DNA of 64,000 nt from a virus: positions 811-64,810 of IMG/VR virus record IMGVR_UViG_3300028804_000005; one strand, given 5' to 3'. This document shows, piece after piece, positions 53,979 through 63,731 of the stretch; positions within the stretch are counted from its first letter, which is position 1; the number at the start of each line of letters is the position of its first letter. The position numbers and the translations under genes are program-made. The notes beneath the pieces were generated by a model. That model saw only the letters and a list, made by a program, of their open reading frames with translations. It did no database searches and was not told the DNA's origin.

Positions 53979-54331
53979 TTTTGGATCTCACCTTCGATCT
54001 GGCCGCCCGCCATCTCGACGCAGCGGTTGCCGATCTGAGCCGGCAGCGCCGGCAGCTTCTTGAAGACCGCGCGCACCTCGTCGAGGGACGGGTGCAGGAT
54101 CGAGAGCTGGGCCAGCTCGCGCAACGCGGCCGCCTTGCTCTTGCGCTCCTTGGCGTCGGCGGCCGCGCTGTCCAGGAAGCGCTCGTAGACGTCCTGGTCC
54201 GGCGCCCGCGCCACCAACGTGCCGTAGCGCGTGTGGAACACGGCCACCTCTCCGTACTCCCGCGTCCACTCGCCGATCTGGTCGGCGAGCTCCTTTGGAA
54301 CCGCCGCGGCGGTCCGGTATGAGTCGCTCAA
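53972..54331 (-). CDS. Tail assembly chaperone (G-like)
   Basis: Between tube and tape measure; ends EIQKA at a slippery A-run. Confidence 0.8.
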   Translation of the reverse strand: MSDSYRTAAAVPKELADQIGEWTREYGEVAVFHTRYGTLVARAPDQDVYERFLDSAAADAKERKSKAAALRELAQLSILHPSLDEVRAVFKKLPALPAQIGNRCVEMAGGQIEGEIQKA

Positions 54332-54355
54332 TTGTCACCTCCCAGGCCCAGCCCG

Positions 54356-54811
54356 TCAGAGCTGGCTCAGTCCGTTGATCTTTCGCCGCAAGAAGCTCAC
54401 GGGCATCGAGGGCATCGTCGGGTCCGGCCCGCTCTCGCCCGTCTCGTCGGAGTCGAGGGCGCGGCACGAGATCAGCTCGACCTTGCGGGTCCGCGTCCCG
54501 TCCGCGCTCGTGTAGACGATGAGCACGTTGAAGAGCTTGCGACCCCAGCCCGGCGCGCCCGGCTGCTTCGCCAGGTGCGCCAGGAAGTCGTCGTGCTCCT
54601 CGACGCTGCCCCACTCGATGGTGGCCTCGCCCATGCCGAGCTCGCCGTCGGTGCGCGCCAGCGGCTCGGACGCGGCGCCACGCACCACGCCCTCCTCGAG
54701 CGCCTGGCTCTGCTGGATGCTCCGGATCGCCGTGAACAGGCGACCCGCGATGTCGATCTCGGCCCGCGAGAAGCTGAAGGCGAAGCCGTCTTTGTCGGGA
54801 TACGCGACCAT
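54356..54811 (-). CDS. Tail tube protein
   Basis: 151 aa beta-rich ORF directly after the sheath. Confidence 0.75.
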   Translation of the reverse strand: MVAYPDKDGFAFSFSRAEIDIAGRLFTAIRSIQQSQALEEGVVRGAASEPLARTDGELGMGEATIEWGSVEEHDDFLAHLAKQPGAPGWGRKLFNVLIVYTSADGTRTRKVELISCRALDSDETGESGPDPTMPSMPVSFLRRKINGLSQL

Positions 54812-54823
54812 CTGGTGCTCCTA

Positions 54824-56293
54824 TCAGGCCGCGGCAGCGACGCTGGCGCTGAACCCGACCGTGACGTTGATCTGCTTGGCGTAGCCGAGGGGTCGCACCG
54901 CGAGGTCGCCCGAGACCGTCTCGGTGACGAGCGTCTGCTCGGTGCGGGAGGCGCGGTAGGCGACGCCCTCGTCGGTGTCGGTCTTCGAGACGTGCCCGAC
55001 CGCCCCCGTCGCGTTCTTCGGCGTCGAGAGCACCGTGACGAGATCCTTGTTGATGTCGGTCTCGACCCGGATCGCCTCGGGCTCGTAGAGCACCTTGGCG
55101 CTCGTGCAGCGCAGGCCCGCGGAGCTCCACCGGCGCGCCGCCGCGTACCAGGTCGCGCAGGCCGTGTCCATGACGCGGCCGTGCTGCCAGTACTTGAAGT
55201 CGGAGCCGCTCGGGCTCTTGAGCCGGCAGTTGTTCGCGAAGTAGCCCTCCTGCTGGGGCCAGGTCCGCATGGTCGAGAACTTGGCGTCGTCCATCGTGGT
55301 CGAGGCCGTGAACTCGTCGTGACCGATCGCGAGGATGTCGCCCTCGGGCGCGCCGGCCGGCGAGAACGCCAGGTCGGTGCTGATGAGGTTCGCGGCCGCC
55401 AGGGACGCGAAGTAGTTGACGGTCGGGCGCATCGGGGCGCCCCAGCCCTGGAAGGGCTTGGCGCTCGGCACGTCGTAGGTCGAGAAGCACACCGCGATGC
55501 GTCGGCTCGTGGCCGCCGCGAACGCCGTCTTGACGGTGGCGGCCGCCTCGGCTCCGCCGTCCATCAGGGCGCGCGTGTAGCGGTGGTTGTTCGCCAGATC
55601 CGTCAGGTGGGTATCCAGGGCCGCGAAGATGGTCGCGGCCCCAGCCCCGGTCGCCTGCCGACCCGCCAGCACCAGGAAGTCCCAGGTGGTGGTCGTGTCG
55701 AGCTTGAGCGCCGCGATCGCGTTCGACAGGTCGGTCGCGTTCCACATGGCCGCAGTCGCGTCGAAGCTGTGCTTGTCGCCCTTCTCGAAGTAGGTGGGAC
55801 CGCCGCCGGCCACGAAGGTCAGGGTGAGGCCCGTGTTGGCGATGGCGTAGGTGCCACCCGCCGGGATCTGGATGACCTCGGAGTAGGTGCGGCCGTCGTC
55901 GAGCGAGAACTTGAACTCGCCAGCGCCGAGCGTGCCGGTCTTGGTGACCTCGATCTCGACCTCGTAGTCGTCGAGCGCGGTGCCAGCGACCGTGACGGTC
56001 CCGGTGCTCGTGCCGACGCGGACCGGGGTCACGACGCCGTTTGACGCCGCGACGCTGGTCGCCATCTTCATGAACCGGACCGGGCCGCCGGAGCGCGCCA
56101 GGATGCGGCACACCGTCTCGACGCCCTGCCCCTGGCCGGAGCCGTTGGCCGCGTCGTTGATCGAGTTGTAGCTCACCAGGACGTTCGCGGTCCCGGCGCT
56201 TGCCGGGCCGAGAACGCACGGAATCGACGACGCGGGCTTGACGGTCGCGAGACCGGGATCCTTGATGGTGACCGAGAGCGAGGGGGAAGCCAT
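54824..56293 (-). CDS. Tail sheath protein (DUF2586-like)
   Basis: 489 aa; GSDFKY..RVMD, VRPLGYAKQINVTVGF C-terminus. Confidence 0.85.
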   Translation of the reverse strand: MASPSLSVTIKDPGLATVKPASSIPCVLGPASAGTANVLVSYNSINDAANGSGQGQGVETVCRILARSGGPVRFMKMATSVAASNGVVTPVRVGTSTGTVTVAGTALDDYEVEIEVTKTGTLGAGEFKFSLDDGRTYSEVIQIPAGGTYAIANTGLTLTFVAGGGPTYFEKGDKHSFDATAAMWNATDLSNAIAALKLDTTTTWDFLVLAGRQATGAGAATIFAALDTHLTDLANNHRYTRALMDGGAEAAATVKTAFAAATSRRIAVCFSTYDVPSAKPFQGWGAPMRPTVNYFASLAAANLISTDLAFSPAGAPEGDILAIGHDEFTASTTMDDAKFSTMRTWPQQEGYFANNCRLKSPSGSDFKYWQHGRVMDTACATWYAAARRWSSAGLRCTSAKVLYEPEAIRVETDINKDLVTVLSTPKNATGAVGHVSKTDTDEGVAYRASRTEQTLVTETVSGDLAVRPLGYAKQINVTVGFSASVAAAA

Positions 56294-56294
56294 G

Positions 56295-57160
56295 TCACTC
56301 CTTCAGCGAGGGGGCGTGCGGCGACACGGCGGGGCCGTGGCGCTTGGGGTGACCGACCTTCGGGGCCGCGGCATCGAGCGCGGCGAGGTAGTCGGTCTCG
56401 GTGATCTGGATGGGTGCGCCGGCCTGGTGCTCGTGCTCTCGCCAGCCGTGCATCACGGCAGCGCAGGCGTGCTGCCAGGTGTAGTGGGACCCGTTGCCGA
56501 GCTCGGGGTCGACGACCCCCTTGAACTCGACCCACTGTCCCTTGGCGCGCGCCCACTCGTCGGGCGAGCGAAGCTCGGCCTTCGGCGCCGGCGGCGCCTT
56601 GTTCTGTTCCGCCATGTGGTTCTCCCAGCGCGCCGAAGCGCGCGTCAGCCGATGCGGCGCACGGCGAGCGTGCCGTGCTTGACCGTGAGGTTCGCGGCTC
56701 CGCCGGCCTCGACGTAGACCGTGAGCACGTCGTTCTGCACCAGCGTGACGGGGCCCGCGAAGTGCAGGGTCATCCGTCCGCTCGCGTCGAGCTTGGCCTC
56801 GGCGGCCAGCGTGCCCTCGGCGTTGCCGTTCTTGCGGAGCCGGGCCACGTAGGTCTCCGCGTCGCCCGAGCAGCTCGCCGTGAACTCCACCCAGTAGTCG
56901 GCGCTCGTGCCGATCGTGATCTGGTCGTTGGCGTGATCCGGAGTCGCGCCCGCGCTTGGGCCGTTCGCCGCGAAGCACGCGAGCTTCGTCGGGGTCGCCG
57001 ACACGGCCTGCGGGGTCGCCCCGTCGATCACGTAGATCCTGGCGTAGCCGCCGAGCACCGAGACGAGCAGGTCGCGGAGCTCCTGCGCCGTGATGGCTCC
57101 GGCCGCGTTGCTCGCGAGCAGGCCGAGCAGCGTCGCCTTGGATCGTTCGGTGTCTGCCAT
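56295..57160 (-). CDS. Two hypothetical virion-region genes (56295..56615, 56645..57160)
   Basis: ORFs between tail completion and sheath genes; the second resembles a C1q/TNF-like jelly roll. Confidence 0.6.
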
Positions 57161-57740
57161 CAGGCCGCCTCGCCGCCCATGCGGCGGAACTCGTCAGAGA
57201 AGTCGTCAGAGAAGTCGCCGCGGCCAGACGTCGTCGTGGCCGTGAAGGTCTGCGGGTAGACCACCTGCATCGAGCCGCGCGTCACTCCCACGCGCCACGC
57301 CATCTCGAGCGCGACCTTGGCGCCGTTGCTGGCCCAGTCGGCGCCCTCTTCGGTCTCGGTGAACCAGGCATACTCGGGCGCGCCCACGAGGGCGGTTTCG
57401 AGCACCGCATCGACGGCCCCGATGAGCCCGTCGAGGATGGCCTCGGCGGCGCCGTTGTCCGCGCTCTCGTCGCGCCCTGGGCCCGCCGCCGTGAAGATGA
57501 CAGCCGTCACCCGCTCGACCCGGCTTCGCACCGGAGCGACCGCGCGACCCGAAACGATCTGGGGCCGAGCCGCTGGGGCTGCGCGACCTGCCCGCCGTCG
57601 CGGATCCAGACGACCCGCGTCCCGACGCTGTTCTCGGCGAGGCGCCGCGCCCCGCGCTCGTGCGTCGTGGCCGTGTCGCCCGTGTCGGCCTGGTACCGCG
57701 CGATCACCGCGTCCACCAGGGTGTCGAAGCGCGTCGCCAT
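57160..57740 (-). CDS. Tail terminator/completion protein, split by a 1-nt frameshift
   Basis: ORFs 57507..57740 and 57160..57531 join seamlessly if one C is added to the C4 run at 57561-57564. Confidence 0.6.
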
Positions 57741-58156
57741 TACCGCATCGCCTGCTTGATGACGCGCTCCACGATGGCGTTGACCCGAGAGGACCAGGCG
57801 CCCGGCAGAGCGCCGTCAGGAACCATCTTGCGCGCCGGCATGTGCTTGGTGCCGGTCTGGTGGAACCGGCCGTAGAACGCCGGCGTGCCCACCCGCACCA
57901 TGCTCGCGGACTTGGACCGCACGAAGAACATGCGGAGCCGCCCCGTGTCCTGCAGGATGCGACCCGAGCGCCGCTTCAGCGGTGCCCAGGGGGCCCCGTA
58001 GGGGTCGGCCTGGCGCTCGAAGCCCTCGCGCACCAGCTCGACGAGCTCCTCGCCGACCTGGCCCATGAGGCTGGTGCGCCACTGCCCATCGGCGAAGCGC
58101 TCGAGCCGGCGCGCCAGCGCGGCGACCTGGCTCGTGTCGATCTCGAAGTCGGCCAC
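57740..58156 (-). CDS. Virion morphogenesis protein (Mu gpG-like)
   Basis: F..QADPYGAPWAPL..ILQDTGRL..VGT..YG.FHQTGT..MPARK. Confidence 0.88.
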   Translation of the reverse strand: MADFEIDTSQVAALARRLERFADGQWRTSLMGQVGEELVELVREGFERQADPYGAPWAPLKRRSGRILQDTGRLRMFFVRSKSASMVRVGTPAFYGRFHQTGTKHMPARKMVPDGALPGAWSSRVNAIVERVIKQAMR

Positions 58157-58160
58157 GGGC

Positions 58161-58565
58161 TCACCAGCCGCGCGGCGCGTCGGAGCAGACCACGGAGGAG
58201 TCCCCGTCGTCGCTCGTGTCGGCCGGCGTCGCGTCCACGACGCCCTCGGGGTTGATCTTGCCGTCCCTGACCCCTTCGAGCCACTTGATCTCGTCGAGGT
58301 ACCGGAGCCGGAAATTGTCGGTCTCGGTCTGCGGCTTGTAGCCGCGGAACGTCATGAGGTCGTAGGCCGCGATGATGATCGCGCAGCGACGCAGATCGGG
58401 CCCGAAGTTGGAGAGCGGCAGGTTGTAGCGCCCCCCGATGTAGGAGTTGATCTTGGAGCTGGCCTGGGCCAGCGCCTCCGTGATGCTCTCCGAGCTGACG
58501 CCCTGCGTCGACGGGGCCGGCAGGCCCACGAGCGCGAAGTGCGCTTCGGTCGCGTAGGGCGTCAT
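58161..58565 (-). CDS. Head-tail adaptor (Mu gp36 / DUF1320-like)
   Basis: YAT..AL..AS..INSYIGGRYNLPL..IAAYDL..RY...IKWLEGVRDG. Confidence 0.88.
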   Translation of the reverse strand: MTPYATEAHFALVGLPAPSTQGVSSESITEALAQASSKINSYIGGRYNLPLSNFGPDLRRCAIIIAAYDLMTFRGYKPQTETDNFRLRYLDEIKWLEGVRDGKINPEGVVDATPADTSDDGDSSVVCSDAPRGW

Positions 58566-58580
58566 GGCTCAGTGGGAGGC

Positions 58581-59859
58581 TCAGGGCCGCGACTCGAACT
58601 GCTTGGCCGCGTACCAGATCCGCACGCCCTGGAGCATGGTCGGATCGGCCGCGTGGGCCGCCGGCGTCAGCGCCAGGACGAGGCTCTTGGGCTCGTCGGG
58701 GATGTCGGCCGCCGCGACCACCGCGCTCACGGTGTGGACCGTGGTGGCGGGTACCGAGTCGGTGGCGGAGTCGGACACGAGCGCGCCGCCGTCCCAGCCC
58801 GTCTCGACCGTGAAGCTTGCCGCGTCGATGCCGCCGCCGCCCGCGTTGTCGGTCAGCGCCAGGAGCTCGACGTCGACCTGCTCGCCGCCGTCGAAATCCT
58901 CGGGCAGCCCGACCTGGGTCGCGATCGGATCCGCGTTCCCGGCCGCCCAGGCGATCTCCAGCGTCTCGGCCGCGTTGGCGCGCAGGATCGGGGTCGTGTC
59001 GGAGGCGAGCACGCCGCCGTTCGCCACGATGTTGCCGACGTCGCCGTTCGCGTCGACCTCGCGGAAGCTGTGGAGCGACAGGACGATGCACTTCTTCGAG
59101 GCGTAGTAGACGCCGTTTCGGTTGTGGGGCATGGGTTCTCTCTCAGAGGTCGGCGAGCGCCGTCAGTACGGCGTTGGCCTGATGGGTCGACAGACCCGTG
59201 TTCTTGGTGAGCTCGGCGGCGTCGGCGCCGTCCATGTCTTCCTCGGTCGAGTAGCCGGCCGCGACGAGCGTGGCCCTCAGCGGGAAGTTGGCCGGAAGCG
59301 CGGTGCCGCTCTCCTGCTCTTGCTTGTGCCGCCACACCCCCTCGAGCCCATCGTCCTCGGCTCTCGCCGCGATGCGCTTGAGGAGGTAGTAGCGACGTGG
59401 TGACTTGAACTCGGCCACGGCTCAGCGACCGCGCCGGCCGCCCTTCTGCTTGGTGTCCTCCGCCGGCTCGGGCGGTGGCGGCTCTGCGGGCACAGGCTCG
59501 CCGACGGGCTCGCCGACGGGCTCCGCTGACGCCTCCGCCACCGGGGGCGGCTCGGACGCCGGTGGCGGCTCCCGCCGAGCCTCGGGCTCTTCCTTGCGGT
59601 CGAGTCCGAGGTCGCAGAACAGCTCGTGCATGGCGCCGTCGGAAAGGCTCGGAAGCCCGTTCTGCATGGCGATGAAGAGCTGCGGCGGCATGCCGCCACG
59701 GTGGCGCCCGATCTCGGCGATGATCGCTCGCCGCGCCTCGTCGCGGTCGAAGCCCTCCGGAAGCCGGGGGCGACGCTCGATCTCTCGAAGCGCCGCCTTG
59801 TCTCGTTCCGCCTTCTCCTGCCGCTGGCGCTCGACCAGCAGCAACGACGAGAGGCCCAT
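58581..59859 (-). CDS. Three head-associated hypothetical genes (58581..59132, 59143..59418, 59422..59859)
   Basis: ORFs between capsid and adaptor; 59143..59418 has an HhH-like LVAAGY..L..TGLS pattern. Confidence 0.6.
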
Positions 59860-59861
59860 GA

Positions 59862-61097
59862 TCAGAGCGTCCCGACGTAGGACGACGCGTTGTGCTTGAG
59901 CACCACGACGCCGGGCTTGGTGCCGCCGCGACGCCGGCGGTACAGGTGGGCGACCCGGTACAGGTGCATGGCCGCGATGTCGGTGTCGGCGAGGATGTTC
60001 CCGTCGGTCTTGAGCTGCAGCGCGTTGCGGTTGTACCAGAACGCGCCGGCCCCGCGCTGCACGAGCAGCGAGTGGCACTTCAGGTTCGCGCGGGCCCGGT
60101 AGAGGTTGTCCGCGTTGTAGGCGCCGTTCGCGAACGTCGCCGTGATGCCAGTGGCGCCGTTGTTGCCAACCAGCGAGTCGGTGGCCGTGTCGGTCAGCGC
60201 GATCGCGCCGCCGCCCGCCGGAACCGTCAGCTGCGCCGACCAGGTCCCGCCACCGTCGGTGGAGAACTTGAACTTCGCCGTTCCGTCGGAGTTGCCGCCG
60301 ACCGTGATGTCGATGTGGATCTCCCAGGCGCCCGTCGGGGTGCCCGAGAGGCTCACGACCGGAGGCGTGGTGCCCGAGCTCGTGACCGAGCCCATGGTCG
60401 AGCCGGTCAGCGGGACGCGGTCGCTCGTGATGAGCGGCACGCCGCAGAACCGATCGACCTCGCCCTCGCGCTGGCTCTGCAGGAGCAGCGGGCGCCCCTC
60501 GGCGTCCTTCAGCTTGAGCAGGTCGGCCTCCACCTGGGAGTGGATGACCATGGCGACGATCGACTTCATCTCGTCGCCCATCTTGGACTTGCCGTCGACC
60601 ACCAGGTTGTAGTCGAGGTAGCGCGGCGTGGTCGCCGAGTACTTGTCGAGCGTGAGCGCACTGGCCGCGAACGCGGTCATGATGCACTTGTCCATCTGGC
60701 GCTGAGCCGCCTCGACGGCTTGGCGCGCGCTCTCCTGGTAGGGGTCACCCAGGTTCGGGTCGGTGGCCGCGAGGCCCTGCGCCCAGCGAGTCACCTCGAA
60801 GGCGAGGGTGTCGCGCACCACGCTGGCGGTCTCGGAGGTCTGCGCGAGCTTCTTGGGGGTCGCCGCGCTGCCGTCCGCGATGTTCTCCTCGAACTCGCCG
60901 ATGGTCCCGAAGTAGGGGACCGTGACGGTCTGGCCGATCGCGTCGGGGCCGCCCGTCGGCATGCTGCCGTCGACCACGACGGCCCCGCTCGAAACGAGCA
61001 CGGAGCCCATGAACGCGTTCTTCTGAGCGAACGCCGCCTGAACCGCCTCGGTGAGGATCTGCGGGTCCAGGATGTCGGATTTGGTGGTTTGTGCCAT
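59862..61097 (-). CDS. Major capsid protein
   Basis: GQTVTVPYF, MVIHS..L.KLKD.EGRPL, FCGVPLITSDRVP HK97-fold motifs; GAGGA RBS; follows scaffold. Confidence 0.88.
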   Translation of the reverse strand: MAQTTKSDILDPQILTEAVQAAFAQKNAFMGSVLVSSGAVVVDGSMPTGGPDAIGQTVTVPYFGTIGEFEENIADGSAATPKKLAQTSETASVVRDTLAFEVTRWAQGLAATDPNLGDPYQESARQAVEAAQRQMDKCIMTAFAASALTLDKYSATTPRYLDYNLVVDGKSKMGDEMKSIVAMVIHSQVEADLLKLKDAEGRPLLLQSQREGEVDRFCGVPLITSDRVPLTGSTMGSVTSSGTTPPVVSLSGTPTGAWEIHIDITVGGNSDGTAKFKFSTDGGGTWSAQLTVPAGGGAIALTDTATDSLVGNNGATGITATFANGAYNADNLYRARANLKCHSLLVQRGAGAFWYNRNALQLKTDGNILADTDIAAMHLYRVAHLYRRRRGGTKPGVVVLKHNASSYVGTL

Positions 61098-61124
61098 CGT
61101 CTATTCCTCGGTGGTGTGGTTCGC

Positions 61125-61751
61125 TCAGACGCCCGGCTTGTTCTTGCCGGTGCGCTGGTAGTAGTCGTTGCGGATCTGGTCGAAGGCTTCCTGCCCGACC
61201 TGAACCTTGAGGGCGTGCTTCTCTCCGGGGGTCATGTCCCCGTAGTCCTTGCCGCCGATCGGACCGGTCCCGGTCTCCGCGGCCGGCTGCTTGACCACGG
61301 TCGGGATGACGCGCGGCGCGTTCTCCAGGAACGCCTTGAGGTCCGCGCTCGAGCGCTTCGCCTTGCCGTGCTCGTCGGCCTCGTTCCAGTACGCGAGCTG
61401 GCCGGGCGAGAGCTTGCCGGCCGCGATGCCCTCCTTGATGAGGTCGGCGCGCTCGCGCGCGTCCACGCTGGCCTCGAGCTCGGAGCAGCGGGCCTGGGTC
61501 TTCGGCAGCTCTTCGGCGGCCGCCTTCCACGCCAGCACGGTGCCCAGCACCTCGGGCGCCGGCTTGCCGACCGCGTCGAGGATGGCGCGGCCGAAGGTCG
61601 CGTTGGCCTGCACCTTGACCACGCACTCGCCGAGCTTCTCGGCGCCGACGGCGTCCTTCACTCCGTTGAGGAACGTGGTGAACTCCGCGATGGCGCGCAG
61701 CGCGGACACTTCGTCGGTGACGCCGAGGGCGTCCAGGATGGCTTTCGACAT
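61125..61751 (-). CDS. Capsid scaffold protein (Mu gpZ-like)
   Basis: Helical; LIKEGIAAGKLSP..LKAFLENAP; AAGGA RBS. Confidence 0.7.
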   Translation of the reverse strand: MSKAILDALGVTDEVSALRAIAEFTTFLNGVKDAVGAEKLGECVVKVQANATFGRAILDAVGKPAPEVLGTVLAWKAAAEELPKTQARCSELEASVDARERADLIKEGIAAGKLSPGQLAYWNEADEHGKAKRSSADLKAFLENAPRVIPTVVKQPAAETGTGPIGGKDYGDMTPGEKHALKVQVGQEAFDQIRNDYYQRTGKNKPGV

Positions 61752-61770
61752 GGGGTTGGCTTGTCCTTGA

Positions 61771-62721
61771 TCAGAGGCAGTCGCCGAGACGGCACTGCGT
61801 GTTGGGGTCGTCGAGGTGCGCCGCGGGCGCATGCTTGAGGTTCTCGGCGCGGGCGCGGTTGCGCTCCGCCGTCGCCCAGCTCGCAACCAGGGCGCGCTCG
61901 GCAGGGGTCAGCGGGGAGCCGGACTCGACTCGGAGCCGGATCTGCTCGGCGGCCAGCGCGCTCGAGCGCGGGGTCCCGTCGGCGTTGAACGCGTCGTCCT
62001 CGACGACGGCCCCCACCTGGGGCTCGTGTCCGGGGCGTGACTCGGGCAGGGTCGCCACCAGTTGCGTGCCGGCGGCGCGGAGCGCGGCGCTCCCCAGCGT
62101 CTCGGCCGCGAAGTCGAAGCCCAGGGCCGCCAGCTTCTCGCGCGGCGCGTTCCGGAACTGGAGCCGGATCGAGTTGCTGGCCGAGGAGCTCTTCGGCGGC
62201 TTGTCCTTGTTCGGGATCAGCACGTCGACGAAGCCCTGGTCCTTCGCCTCCTGGCCGGTCATCCAGGTCTCGGCGTCCATCATGTCGCGGAGCCGCGACT
62301 GCTTGAGCTTGGTGCGGGCCGCGTAGATCCGCGCCAGCATCCCGTCGATCTTGTCGAGGAGATTCGCGGTCTCCATCATGTCGTCGGAGTTGCCGACGGC
62401 GAAGCCCCAGGCGTTGTGGATCATGAACATGGCCGACTCGGCCATCGAGATCCGATCGCCCGCCATCGCGATGAAGCTCGCGGCGCTCGCGGCGAGGCCG
62501 TCGATCGTGACGTTGACCTTCGCCTTGTGCTGGGTGAGCAGGTTGTAGATCGCGAGCCCTTCGAAGACGTCGCCGCCCTGGCTGTTGATGCGCAGGTGGA
62601 TCGCGTCGATGTCGCCGGCCTCGGCCAGCGCGCGCGACACGTCGGACGCCACGAGGTCCCAGCCGACGATGCCGTAGAGCGCCATCTCGAGCGCTCGGGG
62701 CTCACCTTCGGCGCGAATCAC
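61771..62721 (-). CDS. ClpP-like head maturation protease
   Basis: INSQGGDVFEG, DGLAASAASFI, FMIHNA, MDAETW. Confidence 0.93.
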   Translation of the reverse strand: MIRAEGEPRALEMALYGIVGWDLVASDVSRALAEAGDIDAIHLRINSQGGDVFEGLAIYNLLTQHKAKVNVTIDGLAASAASFIAMAGDRISMAESAMFMIHNAWGFAVGNSDDMMETANLLDKIDGMLARIYAARTKLKQSRLRDMMDAETWMTGQEAKDQGFVDVLIPNKDKPPKSSSASNSIRLQFRNAPREKLAALGFDFAAETLGSAALRAAGTQLVATLPESRPGHEPQVGAVVEDDAFNADGTPRSSALAAEQIRLRVESGSPLTPAERALVASWATAERNRARAENLKHAPAAHLDDPNTQCRLGDCL

Positions 62722-63401
62722 CCGGAGTCCCGCTGCGCCTGCTTCTGCTCGTAGATGTCCCATAGGTCCGTCGGGTAGTCGTTGGGGTCGGGGCGCCAGG
62801 GTGGCTCGGTGGGCGCCTTGCCGAACCCGCCTTGCGGCGAGTCGTCAGGCGGGGTCTCGGTGATGCCTCGGCGCTTCGCGCTGTCCTCCGTGAGGGCGCG
62901 AACCGAGCTGCGGCAGTTGTGGTGGAGGGGCGGCCAGTTGGCGCTCCAGTACGGGTCGCCGCTCGACAGCACGACGCCGTTGCGCGACGAGCACGTTTTC
63001 GTGGTTCGCGAATCGAGGATGGCGTCGAACATCCAGTAGGGCCGGATGTCGGTCACCTCGCGCATCTGCCGGTAGCGCCCCGCGTTGTAGGCGGTCTGCG
63101 ACGCGTTCCGGAAGATGAGCTCGATCCGGCCTGCCTTGGGTCCGCCCCACTCCGATTCGAGCTTGGCCCTGACGGCCTTCTTGAAGTCGGAGATCGAGGC
63201 GCCCGTCGCGACGGCGCGCTCGAGCGCCACGAAGACCTCGAGCAGGATGTCGAGCTGGGCCACCCCGGCGATCGTCCAGGCCCGGTCGCCGGCGTAGGCG
63301 CCCAGGGCCGCGAGCAGCTCCTCGGTGACCGGGAAGCGGTCTCGGAACCAGTCGAGGGCCTCCTCGAAGCGCTCGGGGTCGGCGGGGGCGCTCCAGGCCA
63401 T
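62718..63401 (-). CDS. Minor head protein (Mu gpF / SPP1 gp7 family)
   Basis: IFRNA.QTAYNAGRY, AILDSRT, PPLHHNCRS. Confidence 0.9.
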   Translation of the reverse strand: MAWSAPADPERFEEALDWFRDRFPVTEELLAALGAYAGDRAWTIAGVAQLDILLEVFVALERAVATGASISDFKKAVRAKLESEWGGPKAGRIELIFRNASQTAYNAGRYRQMREVTDIRPYWMFDAILDSRTTKTCSSRNGVVLSSGDPYWSANWPPLHHNCRSSVRALTEDSAKRRGITETPPDDSPQGGFGKAPTEPPWRPDPNDYPTDLWDIYEQKQAQRDSG

Positions 63402-63414
63402 CGGGGTCAATCCC

Positions 63415-63450
63415 GGGCCACCGGGCGAACCGAAGCCCGCCCGGTGGCCC
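63415..63450 (-). other. Intergenic hairpin with cUUCGg tetraloop
   Basis: Perfect 13-bp stem GGGCCACCGGGCG/CGCCCGGTGGCCC; minus-strand loop GGC-UUCG-GUU. Confidence 0.75.
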
Positions 63451-63467
63451 TCTCGTAGGGAATCTGG

Positions 63468-63731
63468 TCAGACCCAGCCGGAGATCCCGGCCGCGGTCGT
63501 GTTCGTGGTGTAGATGCGCGTCAGGCGGATCCGATGCCACCCAGCGGTCAGGGCGATCGTGATCTCCGACCCCTTCGCCGTGATGCAGTGCAGGTTGCCT
63601 GCCGTGCCGACGTGGATCGCGTTGGTGACCTTCGGGAGGTCCGCCGAGTCGCTCGGCGTGACCGCGAAGCCGTCCACGTAGGGACCACCGGGCGCGCCGG
63701 GGAACGGGGTGTCGTCAGTCGGTGCGGCCAT
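63468..63731 (-). CDS. Head spike base-like protein (RcGTA Rcc01079-like)
   Basis: FAVTPSDSADL...AIHVGTAGNL..RIY.T.TTA.GI. Confidence 0.7.
   Translation of the reverse strand: MAAPTDDTPFPGAPGGPYVDGFAVTPSDSADLPKVTNAIHVGTAGNLHCITAKGSEITIALTAGWHRIRLTRIYTTNTTAAGISGWV

Noticed and set aside
341..62754. Many long antisense or alternate-frame ORFs (e.g. 341..1678, 8069..9349, 26453..28942, 51885..54038, 59892..61838)
   Set aside because: Shadow ORFs expected in high-GC DNA; they overlap genes with clear motifs and have Arg/Gly/Pro-rich, motif-free translations
47586..63401. Transposable (Mu-type) phage or stand-alone contractile injection system
   Set aside because: No MuA/MuB, and head, terminase and replication genes are present, so it is a non-transposable phage with Mu-like virion genes
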